Below are positions 40,754 through 52,121 of a stretch of DNA of 64,000 nucleotides, piece after piece. The DNA lies in the NCBI GenBank assembly GCA_964016885.1, contig OZ024742.1, positions 111,600,001 to 111,664,000 of the forward strand, written 5' to 3'. This stretch comes from Eledone cirrhosa. Its lineage: Eukaryota. Numbering within the stretch: the stretch's first letter is position 1; each line of letters begins with the position of its first letter. The notes under the pieces were generated by a model, which was not told where the DNA came from, made no database searches, and saw only the letters and a list, made by a program, of their open reading frames with translations. The translations under genes and the position numbers were made by a program.

Positions 40754-42523
40754 TTGTTTAGGGTTTTTTTTTTTAACATCTTACGGAAACAGAAGAAGGT
40801 GGCCCCAAACCTCTCCAGGACACAACAACTCGCCCTGAAGAACCTACGGAATAAGGAACTTATTTACTTACCATCCGACAAAGGTAAAGAGTTCTGCGTC
40901 ATCTCTCAAGCCACATACAATAACCTAGCCTTCGAACACCTAAGCGACAGTGAATTATACACAGTGATCCCGGACATGACTGCAGCCCAAATCGAAAAAC
41001 AGACAAACTCCATTTGGTTCGATATCTGTAGGAGAAGACAACTCCCGAATAAAGTTAAGCTCAACTACACCACTAGAAATAGCAGACTGCCCACTTTCTA
41101 CCACCTCATCAAGACCCACAAGAATAGCACTAAGACGCAAATAAGACCCATCGTCTCCAGCATAGAAGGACCCCTATACAAAATGTCCTGGCTTCTCTCC
41201 CAGGTCCTCAAGCCTCTACTCTCCACCTTCCCCGGGCATGTCAGTAGCTCCGACGAAGTTATACGTAGACTACACCAACTCCAGCCAGAACCACTTAAAC
41301 TAAATAAATACGCTTTTAGCCTCGACGTTGTCTCCCTCTACACTACAGTCCCCGCTCACCCAGCTGTCGATTTATTGACGGACTGCGTGGTCGCAGAGAA
41401 CATCCACTGCAACGGCCTCCACCCGACGGACATACACCAGCTTTTGTCCTTCACAGTAGACAATACGTACTTCACCTTCCACCACCACACATACAGACAG
41501 ACAACAGGATTACCCATGGGATCCAGCCTTTCGGGCCTGCTGGCCATCACCTACATGAACCAGCTAGAATGCCGAGCCCTCAACACCTGCCATTCCCATG
41601 CCGTCTTCACCCGATATGTAGATGACATACTCATCCTTACATCATCCCGTGAGGAGGCAGAGAAAATATACACAACATTCTCCAGCATGGACGCCAGTAT
41701 AAAGTTCAGCATGGAACACCCCGATGACCGCGGATCCCTATCCCTACTGGACTTCCAACTCAGGGGAACAGAGGAAGGCAACATCCACACCTGCTTCTAT
41801 AAAAAATCCGCCAGCAGGGACCTGTTCGTACATTTCAGATCGGCCCTCCCACTCGGTGCCAAGTTCGGATACATAAAGAACGAACTGGCACGTATCAAGA
41901 ACAAATGCACCGACGCCAGAGACCGAGACACACACACCACACATTTCCTGGAAGTACTCAAACTGAACGGATACACGACATCCACCACAAACCGTGCCAG
42001 AAAGAACAGAGGACACCACACCCGAGGCACTAACACTTGCTTCCTGAAGCTCCCACACTTCAGTGAAGAAACAACAACAGCCATCCGCAGAGCCATCAGA
42101 CGAGAGGGACTGGATATCCAACTGGCCCACTCGGGTCCTTCTCTGCGCGGACGGCTGGCCAAGAGACACTCCACCAGACATGACAACTGCTGCAGACTAG
42201 CCAACTGCCCCATCAACGACACAGACCTATGCCACCAGACTTACGTAGTATACAGACTAGAGTGTGACAAATGCATCAACTTCTACGTAGGTAGCACCAC
42301 CAGACCACTCCACATAAGAATAAAAGAACACCTCAATACTAACGCTTCCTCATTTAAGAAACACCTAGTTAAATGCAAAAACACCGATAAAAACATAACA
42401 GTTAGGATAGAAACTAAGGAAAGAAACCTCGGCAATCTTAGAATTAAGGAAGCACTTATTATAGATAAAACACATGCACCAATCAATAATAGACTAGAGC
42501 TCAACACCCAATTTATAACCTGA
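40754..42523 (+). CDS. Penelope-like reverse transcriptase + GIY-YIG endonuclease (N-terminally truncated, uninterrupted)
   Basis: PSDKG, LIKTHK..IRPIVS, SLDVVSLYTTVP, QTTGLPMGSSLS, RYVDDI, VVYRLECDKC..FYVGSTTRPLHIRIKEH. The first few codons come from the inverted arm. Confidence 0.92.
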   Translation: MFRVFFFNILRKQKKVAPNLSRTQQLALKNLRNKELIYLPSDKGKEFCVISQATYNNLAFEHLSDSELYTVIPDMTAAQIEKQTNSIWFDICRRRQLPNKVKLNYTTRNSRLPTFYHLIKTHKNSTKTQIRPIVSSIEGPLYKMSWLLSQVLKPLLSTFPGHVSSSDEVIRRLHQLQPEPLKLNKYAFSLDVVSLYTTVPAHPAVDLLTDCVVAENIHCNGLHPTDIHQLLSFTVDNTYFTFHHHTYRQTTGLPMGSSLSGLLAITYMNQLECRALNTCHSHAVFTRYVDDILILTSSREEAEKIYTTFSSMDASIKFSMEHPDDRGSLSLLDFQLRGTEEGNIHTCFYKKSASRDLFVHFRSALPLGAKFGYIKNELARIKNKCTDARDRDTHTTHFLEVLKLNGYTTSTTNRARKNRGHHTRGTNTCFLKLPHFSEETTTAIRRAIRREGLDIQLAHSGPSLRGRLAKRHSTRHDNCCRLANCPINDTDLCHQTYVVYRLECDKCINFYVGSTTRPLHIRIKEHLNTNASSFKKHLVKCKNTDKNITVRIETKERNLGNLRIKEALIIDKTHAPINNRLELNTQFIT

Positions 42524-42925
42524 TAGGGCCTCTAGCCCCATATTTACACACCCCACACACACGCACGCGCACACACACACGCTTACACCTCCACTTATTC
42601 TCTCTCACACATACACACACAAAACCAGTTCAAACACCAGATAACACCTACCCCCCACTTTTACGATTAGACCTATCTTCCCACACTCACACACACACAC
42701 CCACATACCTACACCTTTATGCATTCTCCCACACCCATATACAGGCACGTATATAAAATAAAAAAAAAAAAAAAAAAACCTAAACAAACCCCTCTTAAAG
42801 GGAGACTACTCTTTATCCACCTAATTTTAATTCTTTGATATTAGAGTTAGAACAGATACTCTATACTATTTCCGGTCAGCATGGCTTGGCTAGAGATTTA
42901 AGACGCTGGTTTGAGACCTTTATTT

Positions 42926-42961
42926 CCCTCCGAAGAAGAGATATTATCTAGAAAATTAAGG
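42926..42961 (+). ncRNA. Minimal hammerhead variant in PLE terminal repeat (inverted copy at ~40579-40614)
   Basis: cct CCGAAGA ag-agat-att-atct-a GAAA at TA agg. The core has C at the variable position 4. Confidence 0.6.
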
Positions 42962-43122
42962 ACATTTAAATAAATTCAAGGTGAAAGACGAATTCTCAAC
43001 AATATCTTTTACTATTGCATTCTTTTTTCTATGTCCATACCTGCATTGTTTTGACCTTATTACACATATTCAAACGTTTATACCTCATTACACAATGCTT
43101 CAAGTGAACCTCCTCCTTATAT

Positions 43123-43161
<39 letters not shown>

Positions 43162-43799
43162 TATGTGTGTGTATTTTCAAACCAGATGGTGTAGGCAAAA
43201 ATAAAGGAGGAACACAGAATTAAAAATTCGCCGCTGGGGAAGTCACAGAATGCGTGACGAAAGAACATTGACAACAAACACGATAGACAAACATCCGGTT
43301 ATTATACTGTGTTTGTATATGTGTTTGTGCGCACTGTGTCTATGTATGCTTATAGTAAAATAATGTTTCACTATTGATGGTTTCTGCCAATTAGAATTCG
43401 TAGAAGATTAATTACAAACTGTTCATTCTAATTTATTTTTTATGTGATATGAAAACCATTAAGGAATTAATTACTTATATGCCCAACGTAAATGAATAGA
43501 ATCATACATCTAAGTCGAAATATAAAATCCCATTGTCTATATCTGAGATAAGTCATACAACATAATCTAATTAATCTTTTTTTTTTCCAATTTCTTATTG
43601 CTCTATATTTATATGTAGCGGAAGTAATTTGTGATTAAAAAGTTATTGACATTCCTGGCGCCAACTTACAACCCATGGGATTTAATATCGAGTCTAAGTA
43701 ATGTTAGTATTTCATATTTAAAAATTAATCTCTGTTCGCAGTATAAACAACGATACACATAATGGCATATAATGAAAAAGGTGGAACTATTAAGAAGAA

Positions 43800-43950
43800 T
43801 TATTATTTCAGCAGGTTTTAGCGAACCGGATTGCCAGTATAGACAGTGCATCGTAGAAAAGGGTTTGCATCATATAGTTTCGTACCTTTCCATTCTGAGT
43901 TCAAATGTATGACGTTCATCTTTACGGGTCGACAAAATAAAGTACCAGTG
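43800..43950 (+). mobile_element. Degenerate SINE copy (another at ~45265-45370)
   Basis: ttctgagttcaaat...ttcatctttacgggtcgacaaaataaagtaccag. Confidence 0.7.
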
Positions 43951-44033
43951 ACTGTAAATAATTATGCAAAAAAGCCCCTAGTTACCAGTTGCGTAATTTT
44001 AGACTTTATGTATATTCATAGAAGTCAAAAGAT

Positions 44034-44415
44034 ATACTTACATTTAAGTAAGTGCCGTACTAAGAGTGAGAAATGAAATTTCGTTTTCATTTTATTACAA
44101 CTCATCGTTTTCGGTGCGCCTGACCGATTTAACTCACTCGATATGCAAATTAGGCTGCTCAGCCGTTAATTTTCATATGGAAAGTATATACTTTTGAACG
44201 TTCAACTATCTGGCAGATGGGTATACGGTGCTGATGATAGCTAACAAGCTTGAAACTAGTACATCGTTCCTGTGTCAGTGTTGAACAAAAAGGTGACGTG
44301 GTTGCCTTAACACCGTGCGGCATAAATTCAGGCTGTTCAGTTTGTTTACAAACGTACAAAGCGGGCGCTATAATAAGCATCCGCTAACCTGATGCGTACA
44401 TATATGTATGTGTAC

Positions 44416-44462
<47 letters not shown>

Positions 44463-44574
44463 TGCTACTGTCCGTCTGTATACATATATGTATGTACGTA
44501 TACATACATACGTACATTTAAGTAAGTGCCGTACTAAGAGTGAGAAATGAAATTTCGTTTTCATTTTATTACAA

Positions 44575-44577
<3 letters not shown>
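44034..44577 (+). mobile_element. ~470-bp hammerhead repeat family, copy 3 (complete unit + ~65-bp terminal redundancy)
   Basis: Direct repeat tacatttaagtaagtgccgtactaagagtgagaaatgaaatttcgttttcattttattacaact at both ends. Octamer at 44143-44150, hammerhead at 44225-44267. No recognisable ORF. Confidence 0.85.
44225..44267 (+). ncRNA. Minimal type I hammerhead ribozyme, canonical core
   Basis: acggtg CTGATGA t-agct-aaca-agct-t GAAA ctag TA catcgt. Predicted cleavage after GUA at 44261. Confidence 0.85.
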
Positions 44578-44611
<34 letters not shown>

Positions 44612-47600
44612 GACAGCCAGTCCATAATTTAAATATATCTATTTTTACACTTAATTGCTGATGATTTCATAGGAATGTAACAGTACTAAACCTATTGATG
44701 TCATTCTTATACAGTATATATATATACAGTTATACGTAAAGCGAAGTAACCTAGATGGATTCATTACTGAAATTAATTACTGATAAATCATGAGCGTTTC
44801 ATCGGATTTACTGCAAGCATATAATATTATTTAGCAATATGCAACGTAGAAAATATTATTGCTCGCAACCTATTTATGTTGGGGTGATTTTTAGCATTAT
44901 ACTATTTCTTATAGCAGGGGTGTATCTGTTGTTATAGTGCGATTACTTAGAAAACAATATTTTCTCTCGATTTCATAAAGCAATGTTATGCATGCACTCA
45001 TTCATGTTGGTTGTGTTATATTATATTCATTTTTTAAAATGAAATCAGGTAAATATTTAGACGATATCAAAACAACATGTATGATTCACCGAGTGCAAAT
45101 AGTTATAAGATAATCTACAAAAGATATTTATTAAATGGATTTCGTATAGTTTTTCTTTATATATACTTGAAGTATAGTTGAATATATCTAATGTAATTTC
45201 ATATAAAAACTTATGTTTCGCAATATTCATATTGGTGCACGTGAGAAATGCTTCGAATATCTTCTTTGTTCTGAGTTCAAATCCCACCGAGGCCAACTTT
45301 GCCTATCATCCATCCAGCTTCGATAAAAAAAATATAAGTTAAGAATTGTGGTCGATACAATCGATACTTTCTTCACGTCAAATTGTTGGTCATATGACAA
45401 TGTCATAATTAAATATTATATTTCACATATCCAAATTTCGATGCCCATCTCTCAGTTTTTCTTTCAGATATAATCTTATACGTTAGAAATACTTCGAGGT
45501 AGATATAAAATCGAAAGGTTTTGTGGCTGCTCAACAAGAAAGGGAATATTTGTTTGTGTTACTAGTTATCAATTGGCAACTAGAGTGCACAACAAATACA
45601 TTGATACAATTTTTTACCCGAACAAAATACAGGAATATTTCCTGCTAAAGTGTACAGTTACGATACCTTTCCAATGAATAGACGATGGAGAATAAAGAAG
45701 CAGTAGGATGGTCAAGATTGTCGTGATTGTAATGAATTCTTTTGTTTGGGGTGAAATGGATTTAGAAACGGAAAATTTAAGACCACTAATATCCCTTGTA
45801 CGCTATGATGAAAGAAATATTTCAACGATACTGACCATATTGAAAGTAAATTAACTATGGTTGGTTTCGAACTTAGAACGTAAATGAAGAGAATGAAATA
45901 CCCCATATCTTCATTACATACGCCACGAAAAATCACAGTGGGAGTGTATAATTAATCGTACACCATACTTAAATAATAGTCAAACCTTTTTCAAAGAAGA
46001 ACATATTAGTTTATGTAGCTTCATTTTGAAAATAAGACAAGTGTGGTCATAACTGAAATATAGTTAATCATAATATTTCCTCATCAAAGTTGACCTGTGT
46101 CTGAACAGTTACGTGAACAAACTATGGCAGTTACTGATTTTGAAATGAGTTATCTTTAAAGAGAATGAGATCGACCTCTGTTTATTAGATGCATATATTC
46201 CTCAAAACAGAATTCAAAACGTAAAATATCCAAAATAAATATCTTAAACCTTATTATATACGGCACACTATCAATGCTGAGGCATTACTGCCATTTGTGT
46301 CATCAGGGATAGTGCGCCATACATATTAGACACAAAGAAGTGGAATCGTATCCTTTTATTGTGGTACGTGTACATAAAAAATATGTGATATTCCTCTCAG
46401 GTAGATCTTCGAAGAAAGTCGATGTAGGAATTAATATCACCATATAAAAGCACGTCCTCTTCTTTATAATGTATAGTTTAAAAAGTGTAAAAGAGCAATT
46501 AGCACCGTGTGCCAAGCTGGTAATCGATATGTACACAAGATACAGTATGATGCTGCTCTCAGGTGTGAAAAGCTGTCCTGAAGTATAACTGTGCAGTCTA
46601 TATACATTGGTGGTGTACGAGTATTTACATAATATATATACAAGCAATAAGACAAAACAAAAGAACTAGAATCTGAGTGAAGAAGATTCCTTTAACATCG
46701 TAAACCCACCTGCCCCTCCTTTAGTCCCTACTGTTATCAGTTATTACACATATCAATGTTGTAAATGTAACACACATATATCCGCCTGATGTTCTAGTCA
46801 ACGCATTACATGGAAATTAATTACGTAACATAAATGCTTCTATTATTAAAGTACAACGTATTTAATCCTCTTTCCGCTAACATGATAGCTATTAACTTAA
46901 TGTTTTATTGTAATACTTTAATATTTTTTAAAATTCATACGTTGAATTTAAACGTTTCAATCGAAGAGAAACTGTATCTATATTAATAAAAGACATTCCT
47001 ATTACTGATATAATCCTCCAGTAGCTGAGATTTCTAAAGTCTATTGTTCCCTGGTGCATCTTTTATAATTCTTCCGACAATACAATATTCTAAGCTTTCA
47101 TTTTAGAATGCTGAAATTCACATATATAAATATAGATTTTCCCGGGGAATTTAGAAAATAATTTAATCAAACTAAAAGAAAAAAAATATATGTGCATTAA
47201 ATAAAGAAAACAATGTAATTAGCTATTGAGTTTCAGTTATCTATTGATTAGTTGCTTTTGTTTGAAGCTTAGCATACGGTGAGTTAGTAAAAGTTGCATA
47301 TAGCAAGCTATACAGCGATATCTTACATCAAAGGATTATTGGATTTTGTCCATTAAATGTCAATAATGTATGTATTTTAATCAATATTATTAAATTATAC
47401 TGAACGATGTTAAGTCATGGAAGAAAAAAATCATCAAATAATGTTGCTGTATTTATGATATATTATTTTCTAGGCAATACAAGTTTAGTTTCTATATCTT
47501 TCACTTGTGATTTTACATTTTCGTTCGCGTCTAAAACATCTGTTTCAAAGTAATCTGTCATATTCCGTAAGAAGATTAAGCGAAACTACATAAAGATTTC

Positions 47601-47999
47601 GATTCTTTCGGAACATGTAATAGAATACGTCCACATGACAAGTAAAAAGCCCCGAGTTAGATTTCTAATGTTAAGTTTATGTCTGAAATATTTCTTATCT
47701 CGCGATCCGGTGCAATGAAACTCCAACAGCTGGAAATGACAGACAAATTAAAGTTTTTAGTAATTTACAAGGTTGGCGTATAACTTTAATAATACTAAAT
47801 GTAATCGGTTAGGAATGCCTTCATTCTATTCAGAATAAAACACGCGAGCCCACACGAATAACCCCCCCAACACACATAAACGCAATTACACCCACGTACA
47901 CACATGCGCACACGCACACACCCACCAACCACACAGACACATATAAACACACACACACACAAACCTATATATATATATATATGTGTGTGTGTGTGCGTG

Positions 48000-48048
<49 letters not shown>

Positions 48049-48939
48049 GTATGTGTATGTGTGTATGCAGCAATACCCATAAGTGTGAATAAGAAGAAAA
48101 GGAAAAGAGGAAAAGTGTTAATCGGGAATAGACCAGAATATTATGTTAACCCACACACACACATATATATATGTATATATATATTAATAATACATGTGAA
48201 TATTAAAATCCGAAGAGGGCTCGATAAGGATTATATATATATATATAAACCCGTAGACCAAATATTTATTATAAGAACATATTACAGTTTAAGCGAAGAA
48301 TCGCTGCTTTTCCCCTTAACGGGATCTTTTGAATCTAAAATTATCAATCTGTAGACGCAGAAGGAAATATTTCGAAAAACGTTACAACCGAAGAAAAACA
48401 GGAAGACGATACTTTGGTTCGTGAAGGGGTTCCCAGGCAATGAACGGAAAAAAGCGAAGATGATTCAGCAGCCAGCTTGACAGACAAAATAGGTAGCACC
48501 AACAATTATCAGTACCATTACCAAGAGGAAGGCAACAGCAGCAACAGTGACAATAACAACGACTCCGCATCTTGGGTGAAAGAAGTAGAGATCGGTATCA
48601 ACTAGAGATCGGTATCAAATAGAGATCGGCATCAACTACCACTACCATTAACAAGAGGAAGGATACCACAGCGGCAGTGACAATAACAACAACATTGTAT
48701 AAACCAACATCTTACCAGCAATCACTACCACCACCATTAACAAGAGGAAGTCAACTCCAGCATCAGTGAGAATAACAACCTTTGGGTCATTCCGCTGGGA
48801 ACAACACCCTGTTTTCATTTTGTACATTAACCATCTTTTCATTCATTTATTTATTTGCTAACTTTCTACTTTCGCGTGTGTGTGTCCCTCCATACAACCC
48901 CATTCTCTTTTATCTTGTCTTTTGTCGCCTCCATATCTG

Positions 48940-51900
48940 ATGTAGGTGAGGTATGAGGCCTCGCTCATGCCAACACTTTCCCTTACACCCACGTGAAGTT
49001 GTGCCTAGCACCTAGGCTAGTGATAAACAGCCACAGACTCCTGATGCTGCTTGGAGCCCCAGTTTCCGGCTCCACGCCCATCCTCCATCCCCACCAGTCG
49101 ACATCTGCAGCGCTTGCAGCACCACGAACAGATGGAAGAGGAGGCCGGAACTGTTTGGCGTGCGGCTGCTTCCACCACTTCACCTGTGTTGGTTTGAAGT
49201 GTCGAGCCTCCAACGCCCTCATAGCGTGGAGATGCAGAAAATGCCTCTCCCCCTCGTCTGCCCAGCCATGGCCGACTTGCATTCCACCAGATGAGACAGC
49301 GAGCTTCCCTGATGCCCAAGCCTCGCTGGTCAACACCGCTCGGCTCAGGGAGCTCCGGAAGATTCCACTCAGGATCCCGAGAGCGGCCAAGGTGCCGGTG
49401 GCCGATGCCCTCTCTCTCCCTCGATCGAAAGTGCTCTGGACTCCAATCGAGCCAGCGAATGGACGCGCCTCTTCTATTTCGCCTCACTCACCCTCAGACT
49501 CCCTAGCTCTCGCGCTGACCGAGGCGGCCTGTTGACAGCAGCCTTTGTCAAGGCCAATGTTTCGTTCTTTGGGCAAGCACCCATTCCAAGCGTACCGAAA
49601 CTCCACAACCCCTACTCTTGGGTGCCTCCAATCGTCCACCCCCGAGGCCAGCGCCAAGCGTTTGCGCGACAGCGTAAACGCTAAACTTATCATGCGTGAT
49701 GTCAAGGCCGCAGTCAGACTGGTTGCCTCAGAGGACACTATCCTCCAACCCACCGAGGAGGTCCTAGCTGCCCTGAGGCCCAAGCACTCTGAGCCACCCT
49801 CTGACCTCCGACCCATACCCACAGCCGATCCCCACCTCCTCCTTGGGACTTCCGACGCAGACATCATGTCTGCCATCAAGACCTTCCGAGCTAGCAGCAG
49901 CGGAGGTGCTGATGGTCTTCCACCAGGCCACCTCAAGGAGTTGCTATCCTCTCTCTCCGCTGAGGCCGAGCGCTGCTTTCTGAGTGCAATTGTGGCACTC
50001 ACCAACAGGCTTATCGATGCCGCCCTGGATCTTCACGCCCGGGGCCTCTATTTTTCGACTAGCCTGACCCCTCTCAGGAAGAAAGAGTGTGGTATACGCA
50101 CCATCGCTCTGGGCAATGTCTTCCGGAGGCTGGCTGCTAAGGTGGTCTGCAGATCCCTAACACCTGAACTGGGCGAGGAGTTCAGTCTGTTGCAACTGGG
50201 TGTCAGTGTGTCCGCTGGGTGTGAGGGTGCTGCACGTGCAACCAGGTAGTTCTTCAATAGCTGCCCATCGGAACCGGCATGCGGGGACTCCAGGCACCTC
50301 ATTGTCAAGCTTGACATGAGGAATGCTTTTAACTGCATACGCCGGGACCATCTTCTCAGTGCCTGCCTCAGCCGAGCCCCTCCGCCTACCCGCCGGCTTA
50401 CATGTCATATAGAGCCCCGAGCATGATCCTTCCTGCTGACATGGTCATAACTTCGGCCACTGGGGTCCAATAGGGTGATCCGTTGGGCCCCCTCCTGTTT
50501 GCCCTAGGTATAGACCATATTGCCCGGAGTATCACGCCCCAACTCAAGGTTTGGTACCAAGATGATGCTACGCTGGGCGGGCCCGTGGAGGCTGTCTGCC
50601 ATGATCTTCAATCGGTGGTTTCTGCCCTGGCGGGAATCAGCTTCCGTCAAAGTCGGAGTGGGTGAATGTCAGCTATGATGCTGAGAGCTTTAGAGCGTCC
50701 ATCTTGGACGTGCGGTCCATTCTCCACCAGGAACAAGTGACCCCAAAGAGGATGACCTCATCCTCGGGTCACCGATACACAAGCCGGCTATCCGCTCCAC
50801 CCTCTGGTCTAGACTCCAACAACTCCAGACGCTCACGAGCCGACTGGGCTTGATCGACAGCCACCGAGCTCTATTCGTGTTCAGGAACTGCTTCGCTACG
50901 CCGAAACTTGTCTAAAACCCTTTGAAGCGTTCCGTGCTACAGCCACGCATTTCCATTCGCTAAGCTCAATACTTGTTCCGAGCGTCAGCTGAGGAGATTT
51001 GCAACGTCAGATTTGACGACATTGGATGGCAACAGGCCACTTTACCTGTCAGATATGGCGGTATTGGCGTCCGGTCCCCTATCTCACTGGCTTTGCCGGC
51101 GTTTCTTTCATCGGTAACCTCATACTGCATCGCCGTCAGAAGGGTTCTCCCAAACACAATATAATCCTATGTGTTCAGAGAACGTGAGGTCACCTGTGAG
51201 ACATGGGGCAGGCTGGGACTTAGCCCGGTACACGTCCCTCCTCCTTCTCCTCCAGCTGACGTCAATTCCCCCCAAATCGTATGAGACGGCACCCAGTGCA
51301 GCCTGGCCTCACAGAGGCACACGCGCCACCTCGACCAGCACCGCCTTGCCTGTTTTCGCCCAGCCTCCAAACGCCACTCTTTCGGACTCCACCCGCTTTC
51401 CTGTCGTCAGAGCGCCAGCCGCCTTCCGCGCAATGCTGCCCTCAATGAGGTCATTAAGCATGGCTTCGGCCCCGAAGGCTTCCCCTCGCAGCTCGATCAG
51501 GTGAGGCTGGACCGAGGGGATGGCAAAAGGCCAGGCGGTATGACCATCTTCCCGTTCCTCGGTGGCAAACCCCTCGTCTGGGATGCCACTTGCAGCAACA
51601 CTTTCTCCAGCAGCAACCTGGTGCGATCTGCGACTAATCCAGGTACTGCTGCACGTCGGGCTGAGGAGGCCAAACTCTCCAAGTACCGGTCGCTCTCCGT
51701 CAGGTTCGCGGTCGTGCCCTTGGCGGTGTAGAATTCTGGTATCCTTGGCCCAAGGGCTACCTCCCTATTCACCACCATAGGCGCTGAGCTGGCCAGCTGC
51801 TGTTGTGAGCCTCGCGAATTGGAATGGCTCATGCAGTGCATCTCCCTTACCATCCTCCGTGGGAACGCGTTCTCCATCCTGTCCGCCGGGGCTGTGGGGA

Positions 51901-52070
51901 GGCCAGCACGTAGAACCCCATTTGTTCACCATACGGATTAATAGGCAAAGTTATAAACTATTGTTTCTACCGGTTGGAAGTCGGTGTTATAGTTCTTTGG
52001 TTTTTAGTTTTCACATCACGTCGTTATTTGAGGCAAGAAGAACAACATTTATGGCATAAAACTCCAGCTC
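48940..52070 (+). mobile_element. CRE-clade non-LTR retrotransposon, decayed, with N-terminal PHD-like finger
   Basis: CLAC..HFTCVGL..WRCRKC, then GIRTIALGNVFRRL, QLGV..GCE, KLDMRNAFN, GDPLGPLLF, WYQDDATL, ATLPVRYGGIG. REL motifs RPGGMTIFPF..GKPLVWDATC and AEEAKLSKY. Boundaries are approximate. Confidence 0.85.
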
Positions 52071-52071
52071 C

Positions 52072-52114
<43 letters not shown>

Positions 52115-52121
<7 letters not shown>

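Larger units (their letters stand above)
40462..43078 (+). mobile_element. Young 5'-truncated Penelope-like element with inverted terminal repeat
   Basis: Arms 40462-40772 and 42770-43078 are near-identical reverse complements. They enclose an RT + GIY-YIG ORF, and (TA)n lies nearby on both sides. Confidence 0.95.

Noticed and set aside
41744-42507. Minus-strand ORFs overlapping the PLE ORF (similar ones over Tx1, Dong and CRE)
   Set aside because: Antisense shadows of strand-biased retroelement coding sequence.
40754-42523. Telomerase or bacterial retron/group II intron RT
   Set aside because: The C-terminal GIY-YIG domain, DKG motif and hammerhead-bearing terminal repeat identify it as a Penelope-like element.
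45670-45813. Possible minus-strand exon after acceptor tttctttcatcatag
   Set aside because: Short frame with no recognisable motif and a weak donor; indistinguishable from chance.
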